Source: a virus (Duplodnaviria > Caudoviricetes). From it: DNA of 27,362 nucleotides. Position 1 is the stretch's first letter; each line of letters begins with the position of its first letter. Below the pieces are notes generated by a model. The model did not search any database. It saw nothing but the letters and a program-made list of their open reading frames with translations, and was not told the DNA's origin. A program made the position numbers and the translations under genes. The stretch spans positions 1 through 27,362 of IMG/VR virus record IMGVR_UViG_3300021335_001376, one strand, 5' to 3'. Below, piece by piece: positions 1 through 8,379 of the stretch.

Positions 1-460
1 TTCCTGGATATATCATCCAATGTCCTGTTTTCCAAGGTACAAAAAAGTTACCTTCACCTTCTGGACTAATAGGTGCTAATTCTGTTCCTGCTTTTTCTAA
101 ATCTTTTACATCTTCTGGCAAGTGCATATAGTATACACCACTTACTGTTTTTGTTTCAGGATTATGATTGTGATGATGCCAAAGAGTATCTCTATCTTCA
201 ACATGTTTTAAACTTGTTTGAAAACTCCAACTCTGTACATTTTTAATTTGTACTTCTTTATCTAAGTATTTAAATGCACTCCAAATAAAACTCATTTTTA
301 AATCTGTAAAGTCTTGAAACACATTCCAGTTTGTTTGATACTTAGGACTGTTATGCCAAAACTTTCCTGCACGTATGCCCATATCTACAACATTACACAT
401 TTTAGTACGTTGTGCTTCGTCTATTAAATTGTTCCAATCGTAATATTCATAATCAACCAT
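1..460 (-). CDS. 2OG-Fe(II) oxygenase-like protein, 3' end runs off window (not in ORF track)
   Basis: Manual translation from ATG at 460 (overlaps FkbM stop): MVDYEYYDWNNL...WSFQT...LWHHHNH...VSGVYYMHLP...GTEL...GHWMIYPG. The HxH plus SGVYY plus G-x(4)-P layout is typical of phage 2OG-Fe(II) oxygenases. Confidence 0.7.
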   Translation of the reverse strand, partial: MVDYEYYDWNNLIDEAQRTKMCNVVDMGIRAGKFWHNSPKYQTNWNVFQDFTDLKMSFIWSAFKYLDKEVQIKNVQSWSFQTSLKHVEDRDTLWHHHNHNPETKTVSGVYYMHLPEDVKDLEKAGTELAPISPEGEGNFFVPWKTGHWMIYPG

Positions 461-1091
461 TTTTTAAATACCTATCTTCTGTACATTGCTGATCAAAGTC
501 AACTCTAGTATAATTGTTTCTAGACATAGTCCACTCTATCTTTGCTCTATTTTCTTCGTTTTCATGTTCTATACTAAACATCTTAATATCGTATTTAGAA
601 AAATCAAGTCCTGCTAATACTTCAAGCTCACTTCCTTCGACGTCAATGCTTATGTAATCAATCTTATTAGGTGCATTATAAAGTTCTAATAAATCTGTAA
701 GTGTAATTGTAAACACCTTATGATCGTTCATTTTAACGGGCATATCTTTGCTTATAATACCATCTATACCACTTCGAAGATTCCAACCATAAAATTGTGA
801 TTGATCACCTAAGTATTTAAAGGGTAATATTTTTCCTGATTCTTTATATACACAAAGGTCGCTAACTATTGTATCTCTAGCACCACACATACTTTTTAAT
901 GTAACAGGATTTGGATCTACACAAATACCCTGCCATTTGTAAAACTTTTCAAGTAAGTATGTATTACTAGCAGTAACTCCGTCACTAGCACCAATGTCAA
1001 CAAAATAGCCTTTTCTATAATAACTATTATCCAATGCCCAGAAGTCACATCCGTTTTCGCTAAATTTTAAACTTGAACCTTCAGGACCCAT
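453..1091 (-). CDS. FkbM-family SAM-dependent methyltransferase
   Basis: FVDIGASDG..SNT, W.GICVDPNP, IDYISIDVEGSELEVL, IEH motifs. Confidence 0.9.
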   Translation of the reverse strand: MGPEGSSLKFSENGCDFWALDNSYYRKGYFVDIGASDGVTASNTYLLEKFYKWQGICVDPNPVTLKSMCGARDTIVSDLCVYKESGKILPFKYLGDQSQFYGWNLRSGIDGIISKDMPVKMNDHKVFTITLTDLLELYNAPNKIDYISIDVEGSELEVLAGLDFSKYDIKMFSIEHENEENRAKIEWTMSRNNYTRVDFDQQCTEDRYLKNG

Positions 1092-1411
1092 TAACCTTGC
1101 CTATACACAATATGCACACCCCAAGGTGTAATAACAGGCGGACCAATATCGTCAACTGGTATTACCTTTACAGCCTCTGAAAAATCAGGATGCATTTTTT
1201 CTTCATTAAACCAACCTAGCTCGCCACCGTGTCTTGGTCCACTTGCACATGCACTGTGTTTTGCCGCCGCTTCAGTAAAACTAATTTTACTACTTTTAAT
1301 ATCTTTTATTAATTGTTCAGCATCAGCAACAGCAACACCTAAAGGTCTATCGTGACTACTGTTTGGTGATTTATCAAAACTTAGTAATATATGTTTACAT
1401 TTTAATTTCAT
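1091..1411 (-). CDS. Parvulin-type peptidyl-prolyl cis-trans isomerase (PpiC/rotamase)
   Basis: HILL, SF.EAA.KHSAC.S...GGELGWF, M.P.FSEAV, TPWGVHIV. Confidence 0.9.
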   Translation of the reverse strand: MKLKCKHILLSFDKSPNSSHDRPLGVAVADAEQLIKDIKSSKISFTEAAAKHSACASGPRHGGELGWFNEEKMHPDFSEAVKVIPVDDIGPPVITPWGVHIVYRQG

Positions 1412-2109
1412 TTAATCTCCTGCTCGTCAAACCCTTCCCAATATTCGTTTTCTTTTAAATATTCTGGGGTGTACATATCTTCTTTGTCGTGCCACTTAGG
1501 ATTGAAGTAACCAACACTAGCATAATAGCCTTTGCCTGTTGTGTCGTTGTAGTCAAAGTCTGCTTCAAGTTCTACTTTATCATACCAAACGTTTTCGACA
1601 ATTTCAGACACACTAGTTTCAACTGAACTAAATGCTAGTTTCTTAGGATCAAAGTCTTCGCCTTCGGTTTCAACAAACCATGAACCAAAGCCACCTTTCT
1701 CTCCGCTATGAAAACAAAGAACTGGAATTAATCCTTCTTCGTCTTTGTCTTGATGATATGCTTCTCGACCATACAAGTGATACGGTTCAAATCTAAGTTC
1801 ATTTTCATCCCACCCGTAGTCATCACTACCATCTGCAGGTACTTCGTTAACAACCCATTCACCGTCAGCATAAGAGTTATTAAGATGTTCTAGTTCATCA
1901 CAGTCATGCCATGCATTAAAATCTTCTGCAATCTTAGGTGCATCTTTGTCACCCATGTCTTCATCGTCCCATTCATAACTAGTTACAGTTTCAATAAGGT
2001 CCGATTCGTCTTTGTCAATAAAGTAATCTACAAACTCTTTACTAACTTGTCCAATGGTAAGTTCTCCACCATAGTTACTTGCCTGAATTCTAAATCTACG
2101 CTTTGTCAT
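1408..2109 (-). CDS. Hypothetical, very acidic protein
   Basis: 233-aa ORF translationally coupled to neighbours; about 60 D/E versus about 20 K/R by hand count. Confidence 0.75.
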   Translation of the reverse strand: MTKRRFRIQASNYGGELTIGQVSKEFVDYFIDKDESDLIETVTSYEWDDEDMGDKDAPKIAEDFNAWHDCDELEHLNNSYADGEWVVNEVPADGSDDYGWDENELRFEPYHLYGREAYHQDKDEEGLIPVLCFHSGEKGGFGSWFVETEGEDFDPKKLAFSSVETSVSEIVENVWYDKVELEADFDYNDTTGKGYYASVGYFNPKWHDKEDMYTPEYLKENEYWEGFDEQEIK

Positions 2110-2112
2110 CTA

Positions 2113-2454
2113 TTAATCTCCTGCTCCGGGTTTTTCAGAAAAATATTTCATCTTGTCTTTTACGTTAGCCCATTCTTCTGCATCAGCTGGCACTTCTGAT
2201 TCGTCTTTTGATGTAATATTAGGCCAAGTGTTTGACCATTTATGATTAAGTTCATAAAATACATTATTAGGATCTTGATGATCTGTAATAATAGCATCTA
2301 CTGGACATTCAGGCTCACACACTCCGCAGTCAATACATTCGTCTGGATTAATTACAAGCATGTTTTCACCTTCATAAAAACAATCTACAGGACATACTTC
2401 TACGCAATCCATGTGTTTACATTTAATACAGTTGTCGTTAACTAGGTATGTCAT
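2113..2454 (-). CDS. fdxA: FdxA-type 7Fe ferredoxin
   Basis: [21 protein letters not shown]...[21 protein letters not shown], plus WPNIT and [10 protein letters not shown]-terminal extension. Confidence 0.93.
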   Translation of the reverse strand: MTYLVNDNCIKCKHMDCVEVCPVDCFYEGENMLVINPDECIDCGVCEPECPVDAIITDHQDPNNVFYELNHKWSNTWPNITSKDESEVPADAEEWANVKDKMKYFSEKPGAGD

Positions 2455-2861
2455 AGCTCTCCTTTATCTCGCATTTCTGCACGTATCTTTGTAGCACTAA
2501 TATTATGTATCTCTTTCCCTAGGTCATGTTCTGTAAAAGTGTAACCTACACCTCTACCATAACTAATGTCTACAATATTAGGAACTTTCATAATAGTATA
2601 TTCTTCGTTATATGTATAACCTGCTTTTTCTAAGCCTGCAACAATACCCTCTACTACATCTACATGCGTAAAAGGATTGTCTGTTTGTGCTACAGTTCTT
2701 CCAGCACCAGCATCGTCGCCTACTATACCAAACACATCACGTACTTGAATACATACTTGTCCTGTTTCTGCTAATGCACGTTTAAATAATTCTGTATGTC
2801 CATCATGCCACGGTTGCCATCTGCCTAGCATTTGTGTTGTAGGTTTTTGCCAATCAAACAT
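2451..2861 (-). CDS. HIGH-superfamily nucleotidyltransferase (cytidylyltransferase/NMNAT-like)
   Basis: [10 protein letters not shown] (HxGH) and ISATKIR motifs. Confidence 0.8.
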   Translation of the reverse strand: MFDWQKPTTQMLGRWQPWHDGHTELFKRALAETGQVCIQVRDVFGIVGDDAGAGRTVAQTDNPFTHVDVVEGIVAGLEKAGYTYNEEYTIMKVPNIVDISYGRGVGYTFTEHDLGKEIHNISATKIRAEMRDKGEL

Positions 2862-3279
2862 TTTGTTTCTCCATGTAGTTCATAACTACTTCTGAAAGTT
2901 GTTGATGTGTATCAGTAAACCACTCTTTTACATGATAGTCAAAGACTGTAGGTGTTTGAAACATTTTGTTAGTATCTTCAAACCGTCCTTCTTCAATAGT
3001 ATCCATCCAAACAGTATAGTCCGGAGAAAATTCTGTACGTGCTTGCTCAGTGGGGCACACAAAGTCGGCAACTGCAATTTTGCCAGCCATGACTACTCCA
3101 TCAGCTAAGTGACGCATACGTTGTGCTTGTCTAATACGTCCTTCAGGTGTAAAGTCCCAATCATCATATTGTGTACGTACTGCATCTGCATTAATATGTA
3201 CTGCGCCAATCAATTCTGCGAAAGGCTTTGCAAGTGTAGTTTTCCCACTACCGGGTAGTCCAAATATTAAAATCTTCAT
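2854..3279 (-). CDS. P-loop kinase, adenylylsulfate-kinase-like
   Basis: GLPGSGKTT, NADAVR...DFTPEGRIRQ, ADFVCP. Confidence 0.75.
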   Translation of the reverse strand: MKILIFGLPGSGKTTLAKPFAELIGAVHINADAVRTQYDDWDFTPEGRIRQAQRMRHLADGVVMAGKIAVADFVCPTEQARTEFSPDYTVWMDTIEEGRFEDTNKMFQTPTVFDYHVKEWFTDTHQQLSEVVMNYMEKQNV

Positions 3280-4194
3280 TTATAATCTCGCTAATCTAAT
3301 TAAGGTTGCGGCCAAGTTAATCTCCGGATCAGAAACTAATGTATGATCCACAAGTCCTTGCTTAATAATTAGGATTGCACTTTCTTGCTTTTCTTCATCA
3401 CCAAACAGATCAATGTTGTCATACAACCATTTGTATATATCTTCGATCTCTTCTGGCCTTGCTTGCGAACAGACTAGTTTACGTGCTTGTCCTATCTTGC
3501 CTGCTTTAAACAATTCAACCATTTCAATCTTATAATCAGCATCACCTGAGTCTGCTTTAGATGGCGGTACTAATGCACCGTCAACACAATTCATTTGCAC
3601 CATGTTAATACATTTACGCAAATCAGGATACGTTGCTTTTACATAAGTGTCTAGGATATCCAAGTCTGGAGTAACACCTTCTGTAAGAACAATTTCTGCA
3701 ACTCGTGCAGTAAATTCTGTTTGGTCAATACGTTCAATATGAAAGCCTTGACACCTGCTGTGTAGTGCAGGAATAATTCTGTTTGGATAGTTACAAGTAA
3801 GAATAAAACGTGCAGTAGTATGATACTCTTCCATCACACCACGTAATGCCGCTTGTGCGTTCGGCGACAAGTAATCAGCCTCATCTAGCAGTACAACCTT
3901 AAATGCACCAAATGGAATCATTTGTACAAAGTTTACAATCTTATCACGTACATCTTCTACTGAGTTTGTTCTACTAGCATTAATTTCTAACACATCAAGA
4001 TCGTTAATCTCTAGTTGATTAAGAAGAATCTTTGCAAGTGTTGTTTTACCAATACCTGCGTTACCACTAAACAACAAATGCGGAATAGTTTTATCTGTAA
4101 TCCATTGCTTTACTTGTTGTTTTTGTGCATCATCTCTAAATACATATCCGTCAACTGTATTAGGACGATATTTTTCTACCCATAATTCTTTCAT
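3280..4194 (-). CDS. Sliding-clamp loader AAA+ subunit (RFC small subunit/T4 gp44-like)
   Basis: LWVEKYRP, GNAGIGKTT, EINAS, LDEAD, SRC, DLRKCIN. Confidence 0.95.
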   Translation of the reverse strand: MKELWVEKYRPNTVDGYVFRDDAQKQQVKQWITDKTIPHLLFSGNAGIGKTTLAKILLNQLEINDLDVLEINASRTNSVEDVRDKIVNFVQMIPFGAFKVVLLDEADYLSPNAQAALRGVMEEYHTTARFILTCNYPNRIIPALHSRCQGFHIERIDQTEFTARVAEIVLTEGVTPDLDILDTYVKATYPDLRKCINMVQMNCVDGALVPPSKADSGDADYKIEMVELFKAGKIGQARKLVCSQARPEEIEDIYKWLYDNIDLFGDEEKQESAILIIKQGLVDHTLVSDPEINLAATLIRLARL

Positions 4195-4730
4195 TTAGTA
4201 ACTCCGAAATGTTTGTATGTTTGTTGTAAGCATTTTGCTTGATAGTAACAATCTGCTAGAGCATTGTGTAGTTGTTCTTGTATTGCTTTACGTGGATCAC
4301 TTGGCATCATTGCAAACACCGTTCTGCTATCTCTAATTTGCCAGTAGTTCCACGGACAAGGCTTGCCAATGTTTTTGTATAAGTTTTGTAGAATTGCATA
4401 ATCAAATAACGGACCTTGACACCATAGATAATCAACTCCAACACACCATTTGTTGAGTTGTTTTGTTAAGCTATCCATATTTACACGATCGTGATCACCA
4501 AAGGCTTCGTCTTGAATTTCTTGCTTTTGTCTACTCCACCATGCTAACGTATTATCGTCAATACTACGATTATATTTTTCAGACTGTTCTTCTATGTCAC
4601 AACGCAAATATAAACCATGATTGGGTTCAGCATCACTAAACGGATCAAACTTAACTGCACCTAGAGTGATTATAACACTATCAGGTTCAACCCCAAGTGT
4701 TTCTAAATCAATCATTCCGTGTATTGCCAT
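4191..4730 (-). CDS. DEDDh 3'-5' exonuclease (DexA-like)
   Basis: MIDLETLG, G..FDYAIL, RDSRT, HNALADC. Confidence 0.88.
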   Translation of the reverse strand: MAIHGMIDLETLGVEPDSVIITLGAVKFDPFSDAEPNHGLYLRCDIEEQSEKYNRSIDDNTLAWWSRQKQEIQDEAFGDHDRVNMDSLTKQLNKWCVGVDYLWCQGPLFDYAILQNLYKNIGKPCPWNYWQIRDSRTVFAMMPSDPRKAIQEQLHNALADCYYQAKCLQQTYKHFGVTK

Positions 4731-4895
4731 TTAACCCTTCCTATTTTCTTGACCCATTGCACTCATTATTAACGTGACATATAAAATAGGCCAAGCCCAT
4801 CCTGTAATGTAACCTGTAGTATGCAATACCATAAGTGTAACTCCTGCTACACCAGTAGTACCTATTCCGCTAGTTTGTGGCTTAGGAAATTTCAT
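4731..4895 (-). CDS. Small membrane protein, 54 aa (not in ORF track)
   Basis: MKFPKPQTSGIGTTGVAGVTLMVLHTTGYITGWAWPILYVTLIMSAMGQENRKG; AAGGAG SD upstream; stop abuts next ATG; two hydrophobic segments. Confidence 0.8.
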   Translation of the reverse strand: MKFPKPQTSGIGTTGVAGVTLMVLHTTGYITGWAWPILYVTLIMSAMGQENRKG

Positions 4896-4925
4896 ATATA
4901 ACTCCTTATTGGTTTATTATATATG

Positions 4926-4954
4926 ATTATATACGATTACATACGATTTGTCAA
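4926..4954 (-). promoter_or_regulatory. Consensus sigma70 promoter (early/middle)
   Basis: TTGACA (4954-4949), 17-nt spacer, TATAAT (4931-4926), upstream of the replication/metabolic gene string. Confidence 0.9.
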
Positions 4955-5526
4955 CCGTTTTTGGTAAGAATAATATTAAAGATATCTTCCCAGGTATCTG
5001 CTCTTTCAATACCTTTATGTTCGAAATCTTTATTATACGGGTGGGTAATTAAGATTGGGTTGTGTCCTGCTTCTAATCCTGCGATAGCATTTTGTGGTTT
5101 ATCTTCAATCCACCAATGCCCTGGTTCCCATTGTTTTAAGTGTTCGTCTTTGTCAGCGCCTGTTGCAATACAAGTACAATCTGTAATTACTTCGTCACCA
5201 AATACTTGTTTAAGATTATATCTGCGAATGTCTCCAGCACACTTATCTTCGCTTTGACTAGTAAGACATTCAAAAGTATATCCTTCAATACCAAAACGTT
5301 CAATCCATTCTACTGCTCCAGGCATGGGATCTAAATATCCCATCCATGCACTTTCATTAAATCTATTTGTAAGTTGATCTGATAATTCTTGATCAATTCC
5401 AAATCTTTTAGATTGCTTGTACACACCTTCTGTTTGTACTTCATAGCCTTTGGAATTCATCCATGCAGTAAATGCTGGCTCCCACTGTAATAGGACACCG
5501 TCTACGTCAGTTAATATAGGTAACAA
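4951..5526 (-). CDS. HAD-family 5'(3')-deoxyribonucleotidase-like phosphatase
   Basis: LTDVDGVL, LTS, K, WIEDKPQN, PYN. Likely start is TTG at 5526 just after the MazG stop; the track start at 5577 overlaps MazG. Confidence 0.82.
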   Translation of the reverse strand: MLPILTDVDGVLLQWEPAFTAWMNSKGYEVQTEGVYKQSKRFGIDQELSDQLTNRFNESAWMGYLDPMPGAVEWIERFGIEGYTFECLTSQSEDKCAGDIRRYNLKQVFGDEVITDCTCIATGADKDEHLKQWEPGHWWIEDKPQNAIAGLEAGHNPILITHPYNKDFEHKGIERADTWEDIFNIILTKNG

Positions 5527-5527
5527 T

Positions 5528-5944
5528 TTAAAGGTCGCCTTCTTTTCTATTCTCGCTATAGTGAACATCAAACTCACCGCCTGGGTAGCGTGACTTTAGT
5601 TTATTCACGTTTTCTTCTACGACTTCATTTGGGTCCAAACCAAGAGCCCTACAGCTAGTAATCCAGTACCACATAATATCGCCAAGTTCTCGTTTGCAAT
5701 GAAATACAGTTTCATCGTCCATAGGTTTACCTTGGAAGATACATTTTTTAACAATTTCAGCAAATTCGCCTCCTTCACTTGATAGTCCAATAGCACCTGT
5801 CATTAATGATGCCATGTTTAGTTTTCCACCACTTGTTGCTTCAATATCAATCATACGATTGTACATCTGCATACTAGATAATGATTCGTTACTTGTTACT
5901 TCTTTTACAAAGTCTTTATATCTATTTAAATCTACGTTATTCAA
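5528..5944 (-). CDS. mazG: MazG-like NTP pyrophosphohydrolase
   Basis: GLSSEGGEFAEIVKK, RELGDIMWY, NVNKLKSRYP. Confidence 0.9.
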   Translation of the reverse strand: MNNVDLNRYKDFVKEVTSNESLSSMQMYNRMIDIEATSGGKLNMASLMTGAIGLSSEGGEFAEIVKKCIFQGKPMDDETVFHCKRELGDIMWYWITSCRALGLDPNEVVEENVNKLKSRYPGGEFDVHYSENRKEGDL

Positions 5945-6131
5945 TTTCTTCGTCTCTTTCTTTGAGTTCGTGTTTGATTTCGTCTTCCGCTTGCATTATT
6001 TTATAACGCATTTGGACGTCTTCAGTGATGTGATAGACTGCGTCTAACTTTCTTAATTTTGCCTTTAATCCATTAGTGGACAAAGTCTTCAGGTCTAGCT
6101 TTATCGGAGTGGAAGTCAATTTCTTCTCCAA
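5937..6131 (-). CDS. Small hypothetical coiled-coil protein (start uncertain; TTG at 6083 or 6131)
   Basis: Fills the gap between GroES and MazG; 5' end overlaps GroES. Confidence 0.5.
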   Translation of the reverse strand: MEKKLTSTPIKLDLKTLSTNGLKAKLRKLDAVYHITEDVQMRYKIMQAEDEIKHELKERDEEIE

Positions 6132-6510
6132 TTCTTAAATCATTATCAGGTGCTTGATCATTCCAACCAATTACACTTTCAGCTTCAACCATTCTAATTG
6201 TAATTGGTTCGCCTGCTAATGTAATTTCAAGTCCTCTAGTCCAACGACCGTGTTCAACTAGGATCCAATCACCTACTTCGTATGGATCTTTGTTGTCTGG
6301 ACCTTTTGAATGTACTTGCCCCCAACGTGGGTAGATACCTCTAGTTTCACCATCATCACTTCGGATAATAATACCACCTTTAGTAGTCTGTTCACCGAAG
6401 TGCATGTTGTGTACTAATACTCTATTTTTGATAGGGCGGATTGTATCAGCAGTAATTGTGCCTTGCACACCTTTCTTGCCTGCCGCCATTGCTTCATAAT
6501 CCATAGCCAT
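6073..6510 (-). CDS. groES: GroES-like co-chaperonin
   Basis: IRPIKNRVLV, mobile loop EQTTKGGIII, G.V...GP, VGDWIL. Confidence 0.85.
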   Translation of the reverse strand: MAMDYEAMAAGKKGVQGTITADTIRPIKNRVLVHNMHFGEQTTKGGIIIRSDDGETRGIYPRWGQVHSKGPDNKDPYEVGDWILVEHGRWTRGLEITLAGEPITIRMVEAESVIGWNDQAPDNDLRIGEEIDFHSDKARPEDFVH

Positions 6511-6513
6511 TAA

Positions 6514-6909
6514 CTATTCACCTCTTTTTACAAAGTTTCCGTCAGCGTCTTCAACCCAATCATCAGCTTCTTCTTTTGCTTCAGCTTTTGTTTGGCCTGC
6601 TTTCGGTTTAGTAGAACGTGGCTTAGGTGCTTCAACTTCTGTTGCTTCAGCTACCGGCTCTTCTACTACAGGTGCTCTTTCAGATGCTTCGAACTGTGTA
6701 GGCTCAACATTATCTTCATAGTAATCACGTAAAACTTCTTCACGCTTTTTAATAATCTTTCCACCTGGACCTAGTTCATCGCCTCTAGCATTTACACGAA
6801 CATTGCCCACTGCTGGTGTTAGTTCGTTTCTTTGTCTTAGCAAATCCATATCAACAGGTTTACCCTGCATTGATCTGTATTGCTTACGACCTGTTTGCTT
6901 TACTGCCAT
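6514..6909 (-). CDS. Hypothetical phage protein with acidic low-complexity tail
   Basis: Start reassigned to ATG 6909 (MAVKQ) using the AGGAGA SD at 6915-6920; core is AVGNVRVNARGDELGPGGKII. Confidence 0.75.
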   Translation of the reverse strand: MAVKQTGRKQYRSMQGKPVDMDLLRQRNELTPAVGNVRVNARGDELGPGGKIIKKREEVLRDYYEDNVEPTQFEASERAPVVEEPVAEATEVEAPKPRSTKPKAGQTKAEAKEEADDWVEDADGNFVKRGE

Positions 6910-6932
6910 TTTAGTCTCCTTCGTTATATTAG

Positions 6933-6940
6933 TACTTATC
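6933..6940 (-). promoter_or_regulatory. Putative late promoter variant GATAAGTA
   Basis: One mismatch to the ATAAATA motif, at a similar distance upstream of an SD and ATG. Confidence 0.5.
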
Positions 6941-7499
6941 TCAAGAACTCTCTCCAATCCAGTTCAAACTGGATTGAATCAATCTTATGTACACCAATTA
7001 AATATAGCACATAACTTGCTACACTTGATCCTCTACCTACACCCCATACAATGTTATTCTCACGCATAAAGTCTACAAGATATATCATATACTGTAATAG
7101 TGGATACATACCACGATCAAAATATTCTGTAAGTTCTTCAGTTACTCTGATCCATTCATATGTATGTGTATCACGTAAAGTAATAGGATCATCTATTTGA
7201 TATTTCTCCATTAACTTTGCTTCAAGCCATTTGTTAGGATTAATTTCTTTATACTTCTGAGGCATAAACCAATCGCTTTGGCATACACCGTCAAATGTTT
7301 TTTCGTCTACATCTAGTGGAATATATTTTTGCAATGGAGACATACCTTGTTCTTCCATTACTGTATTAAATTTGTCTATATCATCATTGGCGTCACAGAG
7401 AACTACATGACACTTGTCGATATTACCACTATAGATCATATCAACTAGATCACGATTTGTAAATCTCGGGATTCCTAGCTTGTCTGTTTTCATTAGCAT
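6936..7499 (-). CDS. DNA polymerase III alpha (DnaE)-like N-terminal palm fragment; split polymerase
   Basis: RVTEEL, IVWGVGRGSSVASYVLYLIGVHKIDS...LDWREFLR matches DnaE GPGRGS...LLFERFL; ends before the catalytic PDxDxD. Confidence 0.85.
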   Translation of the reverse strand: MLMKTDKLGIPRFTNRDLVDMIYSGNIDKCHVVLCDANDDIDKFNTVMEEQGMSPLQKYIPLDVDEKTFDGVCQSDWFMPQKYKEINPNKWLEAKLMEKYQIDDPITLRDTHTYEWIRVTEELTEYFDRGMYPLLQYMIYLVDFMRENNIVWGVGRGSSVASYVLYLIGVHKIDSIQFELDWREFLR

Positions 7500-7505
7500 A
7501 CACTT

Positions 7506-7534
7506 ATTTTAACTGATATTAATCAGTTTGTCAA
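7506..7534 (-). promoter_or_regulatory. Sigma70 promoter with palindromic spacer
   Basis: TTGACA (7534-7529), 17 nt, TAAAAT (7511-7506); ATG follows 6 nt later; AACTGAT-N4-ATCAGTT at 7511-7528. Confidence 0.8.
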
Positions 7535-7751
7535 GATCTAAATCGCCATTTTGTTGATTTTTTTCTCGTTCTAGCTTTTCTTTTGCTTCTTTTATTAGTG
7601 CTTCTTGCTTATAGTACTCAATAAATGTACTAATCTGCTCTTTTACCTGAGGATTATTAGCTTGGAAATACTTCTTAGTTAGATCTGCTACTTTGTCGTA
7701 TAGCTGGGCAACGGTCATTTCAGAAGTATCTTCTTGAAACGGATGAAGCAT
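7509..7751 (-). CDS. Hypothetical helical protein
   Basis: 80-aa ORF directly following the 201-aa gene. Confidence 0.75.
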   Translation of the reverse strand: MLHPFQEDTSEMTVAQLYDKVADLTKKYFQANNPQVKEQISTFIEYYKQEALIKEAKEKLEREKNQQNGDLDLDKLINIS

Positions 7752-7752
7752 T

Positions 7753-8358
7753 TTACTGATAAATGCCTAAATATTCTGCCCAAACAGTTGTACCACTATC
7801 ATAACTTACAAATTCAAAAGCATAATACTTAGTAGGTTCTCCAACAGCTGGAGCACCAATTACTGCTGTAAGATCACTTGTTGGCCAGTTGCTATTTGTT
7901 TTAATAGTTCCTCCACCTGCATTACTTGCAAATGTAATAGTTCTATTAGTTGAACTACCTGCTGTTTGATCACTTTTAATATGTAAACGTACTTTACCTG
8001 TTCTTGCTACTGTGCTTGACCAATTAGATAAAGTAAGTGTAATGTCTGCACCTACTGTAAATTCTTGGTACGCACCATTGTCAAGGTTAATGTTTTGACT
8101 AGTGTTAACAGTAGCACCAGCAACGTATCCTGTTTCTGTAGTGTTCTGAAAGTTTACATTGTTGATAGTATTTCCTAAGAAATTGTTATCTGCATTCTTT
8201 ACTGCACCGTTTGTTTGTAGTGCTTCAATCTCTGCTTTTGCCGCCGCAAAGTTTGACACTGTTGTTGCGAAATTATCACGAAATCCCTGCGAGTCATTGT
8301 CTTGTCCCGCTATAGGAAAATCAGCACTAATTCCTGTATCACTAATATTACTTGCCAT
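7753..8358 (-). CDS. Putative virion structural (tail/baseplate-associated) protein
   Basis: FPIAGQDNDSQGFRDNF, short coiled coil, beta-rich C-terminus; late motif and SD upstream. Confidence 0.6.
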   Translation of the reverse strand: MASNISDTGISADFPIAGQDNDSQGFRDNFATTVSNFAAAKAEIEALQTNGAVKNADNNFLGNTINNVNFQNTTETGYVAGATVNTSQNINLDNGAYQEFTVGADITLTLSNWSSTVARTGKVRLHIKSDQTAGSSTNRTITFASNAGGGTIKTNSNWPTSDLTAVIGAPAVGEPTKYYAFEFVSYDSGTTVWAEYLGIYQ

Positions 8359-8379
8359 AGTTTATCCTCTCGTTGCTAT

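Noticed and set aside
1091-6510. Bacterial chromosome origin suggested by fdxA, parvulin and groES
   Set aside because: Context includes T4-like late promoters, fibre genes and a gp44/RFC-type loader, with no cellular operon structure such as groEL.
6936-7000. Split intein on the DnaE fragment
   Set aside because: Protein ends at EFLR with no Cys/Ser-initiated intein block.
7511-7528. LexA box
   Set aside because: Spacing is CTG-N8-CAG, not the E. coli CTG-N10-CAG.
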